A stretch of 64,000 bases of DNA, taken from the NCBI GenBank assembly GCA_037442745.1, contig JBBIPP010000003.1:1-64000 (forward strand). The letters run 5' to 3'. Shown here one piece after another: positions 46,544 through 56,096 of this stretch. Below the pieces are notes generated by a model. It was not told the DNA's origin. It was given only the letters and a program-made list of their open reading frames with translations, and made no database searches. The position numbers and the translations under genes are program-made. Within the stretch, counting starts at the first letter, position 1. Every line of letters begins with the position of its first letter. Source of the DNA: an archaeon (GTDB lineage Archaea > SpSt-1190 > DYHY01).

Positions 46544-49219
46544 CTATATCACGTAGAAGCTTTTCGCGAACCCGTTCGAAAACACTTCCCTGAACCTCTC
46601 CGTTCCCGCGCCGTCGAGAATGTATGTCCGGGTGAAAATGTTCCTGTCACCGCCTTTTGTTGCGTAAATTGCCGCGCCCGGAATTAGTATTGCGCTTCCG
46701 GAATCCAGCTGGGCGCCGGACGAGTTTGTCTCAAAAACCCCGTCATAAGTAGCAATTGAGGAAAGTACTGCTGCGCCCGCCTGTCCGGACACCCCTATTA
46801 GCGGGAGGGCAGTCCCGTTCTGGTCAACAATTGCAATGAAATATCCTCCGGAGGAATATATTCTTCCCTTGCCTAGCAGGGTGTCGGAATCCCTCAGATA
46901 TGGGAACACTGCGTATTGGACGGGACGAAGGCCTATGCTTGAAGCCGCCGACATTTTTCCTATCATTGTGGAATCGTGCGTCATTAGCCTCGGGGGCTTT
47001 AGCTTGTTCTCAAAAGGGGAGTATCCGAAAATTAGATTTCCTCCTTCGGCCCGGAGATACGGCTCTATTCTTGTCTTGTCCCCGACCCTCTCAAGGGAGA
47101 CTTCCCCTTCGTTGAAAGGCGTTGTCAAGCCTATCTGGACTGTGCTAATTTCGCCAGCCTCGGGAACCTGGACTTGCCCTTCCCTGCCGGAATAGACCTC
47201 CCTATAATTCACAAGGAGTTTGGCTGAATATTCGCCTTCCGGGAGTTCTGAGAGGTTGACGGAATATCCGGAGCAGGTCTTTTGCCTTGGTCCGGGATTG
47301 TCCCCGACGCATTCGCCCTTGATTAATGTCTTTTCGGGAAGGAAGCGGGGATAGAAATCCTCCGCATAAACCTCGTTGGAATATTCGTATGTCTTGTCCC
47401 CTTTTGAAAGGGTGAGAGTGACTATTGGATAGTGCATTGTTGTCATCCAGTCGGCCGCCCTGTTCTCGTCAGAATCAGTGAACATTAGCCCGAGCTCTTG
47501 GTTCATTTTCAATATCCTGTTTCCGCCGTCGGCAACAGATGGCCTCCTAGCGAAATACTGTATCCAGTAGCCATAGTCCCACCATGCGAGAACCGGGCTC
47601 TCTTTTGCGAGGTTCTGGTCGCTCCATTTGAAGTTCTCGAACCATTCGGAATTGACAGATGTCCTTATTCCCGAAGCGGAACTGAGAACAGTTGGATAGA
47701 GCTGGACGAATATTGCGAGGACAATGAATGCGGCAGCCCATTTGGGAGCGGATTCGGGAAAATTCCTCGAAATTGCCCCTATTGCAATTGCAACTCCCGC
47801 AAGCCCGAGGAAAATATAGACAAGAATAGGCTCTTTCGAGAATCCGGCGAACAGGAATCCTGTTGAGACAAGAATCCCCCCGAAAATCAGGGACAGCGAC
47901 TTGTTCTTCGAGTTGCGGTATAGTGATGTTATTGCCTGGCCTGCGGCGAACGCGACTATTGGCGCAAGGCTAACGAAAAACCGGACGCCCCTGCTCGCAG
48001 AATAGAGGTTGAATGCAAGGAGGCAGGCAGTCAGCAAATCCTCGTCCCTCTTTGAGAAGAAGAGTGCAGGGAAAATCCCTAGGGAGAGCGCGAAAACAAG
48101 CCCAAGCTGGAGCCAATATGTGTTCGCGCCCTGGGCGAATGCTGGCTCCCATGGGAATGCCCATGAGGTCGGCTGGTTCTCGCCAACCGTCCCTCCGTGG
48201 ATCGAGTATCTAAGGGGGTTTGAGAATTGGCGGGTTATTGAGGAGACTGTTTCAACAGGGTTGTTTCCTGTTGCAAGGAGGATTACGAGTCCGGCAAGGA
48301 GAGTGGCCACAACCGAAAGCCAGAGGAGGGTGCTGTTGGAAAGCTTTTTTTTCGGGAAAATTCTGTCAGAATATCTGAAGAAAAGATATGCTATTACCGG
48401 AAATGCCGTTGCTCCGTATAATGCGAGGTTCAGGGACGATTTCGCGAAAACGAGTCCTCCTGTGTTCCCATACCACAGGCGCATTATTACTGGAAAGATG
48501 ACAAATGGGATTGTTCCAAGAACATTCGCTTTTGCCCTGTACCTAAATGCCTGGACTGCCGTGAAAAGCAGTACAGGAGCAACATAGAGAACGTATGAGG
48601 AAAGGGAGAGGGCGGCGAGCCCCATTGATATTCCGGCAAATGCCCCGAAAATCAGTATTGAGCCGATTCTCTCCTCCTGAATATATCTGTAAACGAAATA
48701 AATGGAGATTGTCATTAAGAAGAACGCGGCAGTGTCCTTGTCAGTGAATCCGGCAACTGACCGAAACATTGCGCCCGGAACAATTGCGAAAAGGAGCGCT
48801 CCTATGAACCAGTCCTTCCCCGCCCTGTATCCTAGATAGGCGAGAACAATTACAGTCAGTATTGTGAATATTGGCGCATACCATTTGGACGCCGATTTGA
48901 CTCCCTCGAAGGTTGAAAGGCAAAATGGGTTTATTCTGCAGAGGAATGCGACGGAATATGTCGGGACATGGTAGTCCCCTCCGTCATATATCAGGGGGTA
49001 ATACCGGTCAGTCTCGGAAGAGGGCAGTTCCCCTGTTCTGATAATTTCCTCCGCCTTGTTATGGAAATACATTGTGTCGAACTCGAGAAGGTGCGGGTCG
49101 TCTAGGCTCTGTAGCCTCGTGAATAGTGTGAGAAGTATTGTTGCAAAGACTGCCAGAATCGCGAGTATTCTTGCGAAATTTGCTCTTTTTTTGGGAAACT
49201 TGTTTTCGCTCTCTTGCAT
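46544..49219 (-). CDS. aglB: Oligosaccharyltransferase AglB (STT3)
   Basis: EFD motif, R.VAGFTDKD, TVGE, WWDYG, ADG. Confidence 0.95.
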   Translation of the reverse strand: MQESENKFPKKRANFARILAILAVFATILLTLFTRLQSLDDPHLLEFDTMYFHNKAEEIIRTGELPSSETDRYYPLIYDGGDYHVPTYSVAFLCRINPFCLSTFEGVKSASKWYAPIFTILTVIVLAYLGYRAGKDWFIGALLFAIVPGAMFRSVAGFTDKDTAAFFLMTISIYFVYRYIQEERIGSILIFGAFAGISMGLAALSLSSYVLYVAPVLLFTAVQAFRYRAKANVLGTIPFVIFPVIMRLWYGNTGGLVFAKSSLNLALYGATAFPVIAYLFFRYSDRIFPKKKLSNSTLLWLSVVATLLAGLVILLATGNNPVETVSSITRQFSNPLRYSIHGGTVGENQPTSWAFPWEPAFAQGANTYWLQLGLVFALSLGIFPALFFSKRDEDLLTACLLAFNLYSASRGVRFFVSLAPIVAFAAGQAITSLYRNSKNKSLSLIFGGILVSTGFLFAGFSKEPILVYIFLGLAGVAIAIGAISRNFPESAPKWAAAFIVLAIFVQLYPTVLSSASGIRTSVNSEWFENFKWSDQNLAKESPVLAWWDYGYWIQYFARRPSVADGGNRILKMNQELGLMFTDSDENRAADWMTTMHYPIVTLTLSKGDKTYEYSNEVYAEDFYPRFLPEKTLIKGECVGDNPGPRQKTCSGYSVNLSELPEGEYSAKLLVNYREVYSGREGQVQVPEAGEISTVQIGLTTPFNEGEVSLERVGDKTRIEPYLRAEGGNLIFGYSPFENKLKPPRLMTHDSTMIGKMSAASSIGLRPVQYAVFPYLRDSDTLLGKGRIYSSGGYFIAIVDQNGTALPLIGVSGQAGAAVLSSIATYDGVFETNSSGAQLDSGSAILIPGAAIYATKGGDRNIFTRTYILDGAGTERFREVFSNGFAKSFYVI

Positions 49220-49307
49220 TTCGTCCGTTTGGCTCTTCTTGGGTGTTTTTTAAAACCTTTTTAGGGGAATTGTGTTTTAAAGCCGGGAAACCCCCCGTTT
49301 TCGGCAG

Positions 49308-50267
49308 ATGGGGCGACCGAGTTTCGTTGTTAGTGGTGGGGCGGGGTTCGTTGGTTCCGCGCTTGTCCGGGAGATTTTGGAATCCAGAAAAGGAACGCAA
49401 GTCATTGTAATTGACAATCTTTCCTCGGGGAAAAAGGAGAACATCCCTCCGGGAGCCTTCTTTTTGCCGATTGACCTCGCAAAAGAGTCTCCCGGCGAGA
49501 TTTCCAGAGCAATTTCCGGAGCGGAAACTGTCTTCCATCTTGCCTCAAACGCCTCCGTTCCGAGAGGCGGAATTAACAGGTTCTTTGATTTGAAGAACAA
49601 TGTCGAAGGGACTGTTAGGCTCCTTGAGGCGTGCGCGCTTTCGGGAAGCGTGAAAAGAATTGTCCTTGCATCGAGCTCCGCAGTATATGGTCTTCGGGCG
49701 GGGAGACGTCCCTCAGAGACCGCTCCTTGCGAGCCAATATCAATGTACGGGGCGTCGAAGCTCGCCTGCGAGGGGTATTTGTCCGCGTATTGCAACAATT
49801 TCGGGTTCGAAGGAAGCGTTTTCAGGATTGCGAACATTGTAGGAAGGGGGCAGGAGAGAGGCATTCTCCACGACATTTTCTCAAGGAAAGGCGACTTGGC
49901 TCTCTTCGGAAATGGCGCTGAGAAAAAATCCTATTTGCACGTGAATGACTGCGTTTCGGGAATTCTTGCGGGCGCCTTTTGGGGAGGCGCTGTTCCGGGG
50001 AAGGTGGAAACTTTCAACCTTGGCTCGGATTCGGCAATCTCCGTAAAGGCGCTGTCAGCAATTGCCCTCGGGGAAATCCGCAGGAAGACTGGGCGTTCGC
50101 CCGCCCTCTCTTTTTCGGGAAAACCGAGTTGGCCGGGAGACGTCCCTGAAATGCGCCTAAATTGCAGAAAGCTGAAAAGCATCGGCTGGATCCCTGAACT
50201 AAAAAAGAGCGCGGATGCTATTGAGCGTGCGGCAGAGGAACTTTCGGACAGGTGGCTTGGAAAATGA
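49308..50267 (+). CDS. NAD-dependent epimerase/dehydratase (GalE-like)
   Basis: GGAGFVGS, SSSAVYG, YGASK. Confidence 0.92.
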   Translation: MGRPSFVVSGGAGFVGSALVREILESRKGTQVIVIDNLSSGKKENIPPGAFFLPIDLAKESPGEISRAISGAETVFHLASNASVPRGGINRFFDLKNNVEGTVRLLEACALSGSVKRIVLASSSAVYGLRAGRRPSETAPCEPISMYGASKLACEGYLSAYCNNFGFEGSVFRIANIVGRGQERGILHDIFSRKGDLALFGNGAEKKSYLHVNDCVSGILAGAFWGGAVPGKVETFNLGSDSAISVKALSAIALGEIRRKTGRSPALSFSGKPSWPGDVPEMRLNCRKLKSIGWIPELKKSADAIERAAEELSDRWLGK

Positions 50268-51151
50268 AAAGAAAAATATCTGTTATCTGCACTGTCCGAA
50301 ACGAGGAGAGTGCGCTGAATGCGCTCGTTGATTCCATTCTTTCCCAGAAAAGGTTGCCTGATGAGATAGTGTTCGTTGACGGGGGGTCTGTTGACCGGAC
50401 GCTTGAAATCCTGAAAAGCTATGGAAAAAAGCTCCGGGTAATCTCGAGCCCCGGGGCGAACATTGCCGAGGGGAGAAACATTGCAATAAGGAGCGCGAAG
50501 GGGGAATGGGTTGCCTCAATTGATGGGGGATGCGTTGCGGACAAAGACTGGCTACTGAATCTTGAGAGGAAAATGTCGTTTGCTGATGTTGTCTCTGGCG
50601 CATATCTTCCTATTGGAAAAACTCGATTCGAAAGGGTTCAGGGAAGAGTTGTCGTGAAGAACCCGGAGAAGTTGGATTCGAAGAGTTTTCTTCCATCCTC
50701 CCGCTCAGTTGCTTTCAAGAAATCCGTCTGGCTTGCTGTCGGGGGCTATCCTGAGAACACATATACTGCGGAGGACACCCTTTTCGACATGAAACTGAAG
50801 CGGGCGGGCTTTAGGTTCGCTCTTGCGAGGGACGCGATTGTTTTCTGGAGAATGAGAGCGACCCTTTCAAAATTCGCAAAACAATTCTTCCTTTATGGCA
50901 AAGGGGACGGAAAAACCGGGCTCGTTTTCCGGATGCCGTTGAACCTCGCAATGGCAACCTGTTTCCTTCTAGCTTTTGCTCTCTTGTTCCTCGGGAATTT
51001 CTGGCTCCTTGGGGCAATTATGGGGGCGCTCGTTCTTGTGGGATTTTCAAAATCCCGGTCAGTTCAAGAATTCCCGATTGCCCTTCTTTTAGTGTCTGTG
51101 AAGAGGATTGCATATTCGGTGGGCGTTTTTTGGGGGCTTGTCCAAAAATGA
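50264..51151 (+). CDS. GT2 glycosyltransferase
   Basis: VDGGS.D.T, GRN, AED; ATGA overlap with the epimerase. Confidence 0.92.
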   Translation: MKRKISVICTVRNEESALNALVDSILSQKRLPDEIVFVDGGSVDRTLEILKSYGKKLRVISSPGANIAEGRNIAIRSAKGEWVASIDGGCVADKDWLLNLERKMSFADVVSGAYLPIGKTRFERVQGRVVVKNPEKLDSKSFLPSSRSVAFKKSVWLAVGGYPENTYTAEDTLFDMKLKRAGFRFALARDAIVFWRMRATLSKFAKQFFLYGKGDGKTGLVFRMPLNLAMATCFLLAFALLFLGNFWLLGAIMGALVLVGFSKSRSVQEFPIALLLVSVKRIAYSVGVFWGLVQK

Positions 51152-52380
51152 AATTTCCCGGACCATCCTCCTTCGTGGGGAAAAAAAAGGATGCAATATT
51201 CCTCTCGGGTGCGAACCTGATGAATTATGCCCTCTCAATGCTTGCGGGGATTGTTGCCGCGGGAATTCTCGGGCCGGAGCAGTACGCAACAAAGGTTCTT
51301 GTTTTCTCAATTGTCGGCCTTGTGGCATCGTTCTCCGACCTCGGAATATCCTTTGCCGTAATGAAGGATGGCGGGGGAAAGGGTGGCTCCAGGACGTTCT
51401 CATCGGGCTTGTGGCTGTCAATAATTTCCGGCGCAGTGTTTTTCGTACTCTTGTTCCCCGCATTCGTTCTTGTTGGCAGGGGATATGGAATATCTGAACC
51501 CTTTCTCTTTGCAATCTATGCGGGAACCGGGCTACTAAAGCAGATCTCGTCAATAGGATATTCCTACCTTGTTTCGAGGGAAAGGGCGGGGGTTGCCGCT
51601 AGTCTAAACGCGGTTGCCGGAATTTCCTACTTAATTCTGGTCTTGGCGCTCACGTGGGCTCTTGGGCTTTTCGGATTCTTCCTTGCGGTCTTCCTCTCAA
51701 GCCTTCTAGACGCCTCTCTGAAACTTTTTTGGGCTTTCCGCGAACTGGGAAGGGCGCCCATTGCTTTTTCGGGATTCGGCCCTATTGAAAAATCGATTGT
51801 TACAACAGGGCTTGCCTCGACAGGAATGAGTTTGCTTTCATATGTCGCGCTGAATTCCTCGAAGTTCGCGCTTGGTCTCCTGTCAGACAGGGCCATTGTC
51901 GCATATTTCGCAATAGCGCTCCTTCCAATATATCCCATAATTGTAGTTTCCGGATCAATTGCTTCGAGCATTGTCCCAAGAGTCAGGAGGGCGCGGGGAA
52001 ATGAAAGAATGAGGCTTGTCGGAAAATCTCTCCGCTATTCCGCTCTTGCCGGATTTGGGATAGCCTCCATTGCAGTGCCCGGCTATTGGATTCTGACAAA
52101 CGCGTTCCTTCCAAAATACTCGCCTTCGCTTGCGCTCCTCGCGTTTCTTGCGGTTCCGATAGCTATTGAAGGTGGAATTAGCTCTATTTCGGCAACATTC
52201 CTATTGGCAATGGGCCGGAACCGGGAGGCGCTTTTTGCAAGGGCTGTCGGAGTTATCCCGATTCTGGTTCTGGGGCCGATCTTGACTTTGCAGTTCGGGG
52301 TCTGGGGGACAATTGCCGCTTTTTGGGCAGGCTCCCTTCTTGGGGGGGTTCTCCTCCTGAGAACAGTCCTGAAGAATTAA
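51148..52380 (+). CDS. Wzx-type oligosaccharide flippase
   Basis: About 12 TMs, LGPEQY, DLG; ATGA overlap. Confidence 0.85.
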   Translation: MKFPGPSSFVGKKKDAIFLSGANLMNYALSMLAGIVAAGILGPEQYATKVLVFSIVGLVASFSDLGISFAVMKDGGGKGGSRTFSSGLWLSIISGAVFFVLLFPAFVLVGRGYGISEPFLFAIYAGTGLLKQISSIGYSYLVSRERAGVAASLNAVAGISYLILVLALTWALGLFGFFLAVFLSSLLDASLKLFWAFRELGRAPIAFSGFGPIEKSIVTTGLASTGMSLLSYVALNSSKFALGLLSDRAIVAYFAIALLPIYPIIVVSGSIASSIVPRVRRARGNERMRLVGKSLRYSALAGFGIASIAVPGYWILTNAFLPKYSPSLALLAFLAVPIAIEGGISSISATFLLAMGRNREALFARAVGVIPILVLGPILTLQFGVWGTIAAFWAGSLLGGVLLLRTVLKN

Positions 52381-53486
52381 CGCAGTCTGCCAGAGAGGAC
52401 TTGCTCGTATATTTTCCGGTATTTCTCAATTACGGTTTTTTCCGAATGGAATTTCTCAATATGCTTTCTCGCGGAAATCCTGTCCGAGTGCTTTAGGGAC
52501 CGGACAGCCGAAAAGAACCCGGCTTTGTCCCTGAACTCCTTTATCGGAGCTCCCTTTTCGCATCCGCAATCTCCTGATACTCCGATAACTGGGACTCCTT
52601 CGGCCATTGATTCAAGGCCGTTATATCCAAGCCCCGCGGGCTCAAAAGTCACAATTGCCGACATTTTTGAGACTGCTCTTCTGACCTCTGCCGGGCTGGG
52701 GAGCCTGTAGAAAAATATCTTCTTCTCCGCGCCCTCCTTTTTTGCAAGGGCTTTTAGGGAGTTCTCGAGGGGCCCATATCCTATAATGTGAAGTTCCGCT
52801 GATTTGTCAATTTCGCGGGAATATTGGGCGAACCAAGACACTAGCGTGTCAAGACGTTTCAAGGGTATGTATCTTGAAACTGAGCACAATCGCGTCCTAT
52901 CGGGCGCTTTCCCGGGGCTTTTGGCGATTTTTGAGACCGCGTGCTGTATAACGACTTTTTTGTCCGAATATGGATATATTTCTGAGAGCATTTTGGTGTT
53001 GAAAACGAGGAGTTCGCTTCGGCAAGCGGCAATTTCCGAGATCTTCCTGGCCAAACTGGATGCAACAATTGATTTTGGGAATTTCCTCCCGGAAAACATT
53101 TTTGAGGCATAGTTTAGGCTCCCGTGAACGTGGGTTACTGTCGGCTTTTCGCAATACATTGAGTATATTTCCCCGTTTGCGTGGCAGAGGTCGAACTTCC
53201 CCTTCCGGAAAATTGCCCGGATTTTTGGGCGAAGAATCGGGATGTTCAGGAGATGCTCTAGGGACACGGGATCCTTTGACGGATAGAACCGCGTCCTTGT
53301 TGCAAAGAGCGCGCGTTTTTCCTTCGCCTGGGCTTCCTGAGCGGGCGAGCAGATGAACGCGTTTTCATGAGATATTTTCGCTCGGGAGAGGGCAGAGTTG
53401 TGCCAAGAGAAGAATGTCTCTACTCCTGCAGGCTTGAGGGAGCCATCGGGAAGATAGGGATAATGGGTGAGTGTGAGGAGGTTCAT
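52377..53486 (-). CDS. GT4 glycosyltransferase
   Basis: GVE, HVHGS, SR..P.KR, ESMAEG.PVI. Confidence 0.88.
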   Translation of the reverse strand: MNLLTLTHYPYLPDGSLKPAGVETFFSWHNSALSRAKISHENAFICSPAQEAQAKEKRALFATRTRFYPSKDPVSLEHLLNIPILRPKIRAIFRKGKFDLCHANGEIYSMYCEKPTVTHVHGSLNYASKMFSGRKFPKSIVASSLARKISEIAACRSELLVFNTKMLSEIYPYSDKKVVIQHAVSKIAKSPGKAPDRTRLCSVSRYIPLKRLDTLVSWFAQYSREIDKSAELHIIGYGPLENSLKALAKKEGAEKKIFFYRLPSPAEVRRAVSKMSAIVTFEPAGLGYNGLESMAEGVPVIGVSGDCGCEKGAPIKEFRDKAGFFSAVRSLKHSDRISARKHIEKFHSEKTVIEKYRKIYEQVLSGRLR

Positions 53487-53542
53487 TACAGGTTCCAACT
53501 TTTCGCCTAGTATTTAAAATCTGGAGGTGGATTTCCACGGAA

Positions 53543-54595
53543 ATGAGAATACTTCATGTCACGCCCTTTTTTTCTCCCCATATTGGCGGGGTCGAGAGAC
53601 ACGTCCTTGAGGTTTCCCGGTGCCTTGCTGAAAAGGGGCATTCCGTCTCTGTCTTCACTGTCGCCCATGAAAAGGGGCTGTCTGAGAGGGAAACTATCGG
53701 ACGAGTCAGGATAATCCGCGCCCCTTTCTGGGGAATGGGGTATTTCTCACGTCTCTTTTCGGCTTGGTGGTTTGTCATCAGGAACTGGAAGGAATTTCGG
53801 GAGTTCGACATAACCCATCTCCATGATTTTCCTGCTTTCGCCTGGCTCCTCTTTCTTCCGGAAAAAAAGACAATCACTTTCCATGGGTATGAAAGGGACC
53901 CTGTGACTCTCAAGCACAAGGTATTGAGGAAGATTGCCGAAAAATTCACCCGCTCGAACTTTTGCGTTGGAACGCATCTTGTCGGGCATTATGGCACGGC
54001 CTGCCCGAAAGAGAGGATATTGGTTGGCGGGGTTGATTCCGGAAAAATCAAAAGGCGGGCAGTTCCCTTCCGGAAAAAGGAACGGAAGAAAATATTGTTC
54101 CTTACGCGCCTCGCATGGGATACCCAGATAAGGGAATTCGTCCTCGCAATGAGGCACCTTCCCGGGTTTTCCCTCGAAGTTTATGGGGAAGGCCCTTTGA
54201 AAGAAGAGCTGACAAAACTCGCGAAAAGCGAGCGCCTTAAAGTTCGGTTCCTTGGAAAATGGCCGGGCGACTCTAACGACCTCTTCAGGAAATACAGGTT
54301 CGTCTTTGCCGCGCGACAACTGACAATTCTTGAGGCTCTCGGGAACGGGGCAATTGTCTTCTCAGTCCACACATCGGAAATAATGAAAAATCTCCTTATT
54401 GGAATGGGTTCCCCGAGGGAAACCCACATTCTTACGGGCTCGGTCGGGGAGCTGGCAGAGCGCTTTAGAGAAATTGCAGGGGAGCCGGAAAACTCCCTGC
54501 TCCTGCGTTCGGAGAAGGGGAAAAAATACGCCCTCTCGTTCGATTGGGAAAAGATTGCAAATAGCTATCTGAGGGAGTATTCCCGGATTCTCTAA
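53543..54595 (+). CDS. GT4 glycosyltransferase (copy 1)
   Basis: MRILHVTP..P.IGGVE, TFHG, ILEAL, FDWE. Confidence 0.9.
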   Translation: MRILHVTPFFSPHIGGVERHVLEVSRCLAEKGHSVSVFTVAHEKGLSERETIGRVRIIRAPFWGMGYFSRLFSAWWFVIRNWKEFREFDITHLHDFPAFAWLLFLPEKKTITFHGYERDPVTLKHKVLRKIAEKFTRSNFCVGTHLVGHYGTACPKERILVGGVDSGKIKRRAVPFRKKERKKILFLTRLAWDTQIREFVLAMRHLPGFSLEVYGEGPLKEELTKLAKSERLKVRFLGKWPGDSNDLFRKYRFVFAARQLTILEALGNGAIVFSVHTSEIMKNLLIGMGSPRETHILTGSVGELAERFREIAGEPENSLLLRSEKGKKYALSFDWEKIANSYLREYSRIL

Positions 54596-54604
54596 GGACA
54601 ACTT

Positions 54605-55000
54605 TCACTTCTTTGCAAGGTTCGCGATTGTCTCCGCAATGAATTCCGCGTCCGCTTCCGAGACTGATGCGTGGACAGGAAGAGCCAACACCTCTTTTGC
54701 GGCTTTTTCGGCCTGCGGGAGAATCTGGGCGTTCCATTCAGAATAGGATTTCTGCTTGTGAACGGGTATCGGATAGTGGATTCCTGAGCCTATTCCCTTC
54801 TCTTTTAGTTTTTCAATAAGGGCGTCCCTGTCAAGGCCGTATTCGTCCGGGAGAACGCGTATAACATACTGGTGGAAAACGTGCTTCCTTCCTGGGAGGA
54901 CTTTTGGGACAATAATTCCCGGGACTTTGGAGAGGCGGGCGGAGAGTATTTTCGCGTTCCGTCCCCTTGTCCAGTTCCTGTTATCGAGATGAGTGAGCTT
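54605..55000 (-). pseudogene. 5'-truncated DegT/DnrJ/EryC1/StrS aminotransferase
   Basis: Manual translation ...NAKILSARL..HVFHQYVIRV..RDALIEKLKEKGIGSGIHYPIPVHKQ..EVLALPVH..stop 54605; no start and no PLP-Lys domain. Confidence 0.88.
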
Positions 55001-56096
55001 CTTTGTCGCGTTCGCGGACCTCGGGATACAGTTCTCCCTTCTAAGAGAGATTGGGAGCAGAAAATCCGAAAAAGCCAGGCGTTTCCTCCTTTCAAGGGGT
55101 CTTGCGATAAACTCTCTGACTGTTTTTGTTTTCTACTGGGTCGCCCTCTTGGCGTTCATCCCTATTGGGCGCGCTTATGGAATAGGAAACCCGTTCTTCC
55201 TAGTTTCCCTCTCTGCTGCATTCAGCATAAAGCAGATTGCCGCCCTCCTATTCTCATATTCTGCGGGAAAGAGGATGTTCAAACAGCTGTCAGAAGCAAT
55301 TGTCCTCTCGGCAATTGCGTATTCCGTCCTAGCAATATTTCTGACAATGCTCTTCGGAATAAGAGGACTTTTCTGGGCGATTCTTGCCGGTTCGATAATA
55401 GACGCGTTCCTAAAGGCTGGAATGGTGAACTTGCGCACGGCGGACGTCTGGGCCCTTGGAAAATCCTTCTTCAGGTTCGGCTCGCCTGAGGACAGGCTTC
55501 TCGTCTCCGGAGGTCTTGTTTTCATGGCATCAACCTGGTTCGCAACTGCGCTTCAGAATTATGACGACCTCATTCTGGGGGCTTTCCATGAAAAAGGGCT
55601 TGTGTCGTATTATGCAGTTGCATACCTCCCGATTTTTCCGATGCTTGTTGCAGCAAACTCAATATTCGCAGCACCCCTTCCGGGAATCTCTTCCCTCTCT
55701 GGGCCCGAAAAAAGGAGGGTTTTTGGCAAGTCCGTGAAATACGCCTGCCTCGTCTCTTCCGCCTTGGCCATTGCCGGAATTCCCGCATATTTCTTTCTGA
55801 CTGAATTCTTCCTCGAGAAATACGCGCTCTCAGCGACTCTTCTGACTTTCCTCGCAGTCCCGTTCATAATAGAGTCCGGCGTGAATAACACAACAGTCAA
55901 TTTCCTGATTGCGTTCGGCATGAACCGCGTGTCCTTTGCAATGAGGGGGATTCAGCTAACCATCTCGGTCATATTCGGCTTCTTCCTGATAAGGGAGTTC
56001 TGGATATGGGGAGCGGTCGCCTCCGTCTGGATGAGTTCTCTTTCAGGTCTTGCCCTCTCGGCTTTCTTCTACTTCAAGGGAGAATTTTTCAAATGA
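54993..56096 (+). CDS. Wzx-type flippase paralog, N-terminally truncated (possible pseudogene)
   Basis: Aligns to 51148-52380 from about residue 55 (FADLGI vs FSDLGI). Confidence 0.75.
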   Translation: MSFFVAFADLGIQFSLLREIGSRKSEKARRFLLSRGLAINSLTVFVFYWVALLAFIPIGRAYGIGNPFFLVSLSAAFSIKQIAALLFSYSAGKRMFKQLSEAIVLSAIAYSVLAIFLTMLFGIRGLFWAILAGSIIDAFLKAGMVNLRTADVWALGKSFFRFGSPEDRLLVSGGLVFMASTWFATALQNYDDLILGAFHEKGLVSYYAVAYLPIFPMLVAANSIFAAPLPGISSLSGPEKRRVFGKSVKYACLVSSALAIAGIPAYFFLTEFFLEKYALSATLLTFLAVPFIIESGVNNTTVNFLIAFGMNRVSFAMRGIQLTISVIFGFFLIREFWIWGAVASVWMSSLSGLALSAFFYFKGEFFK

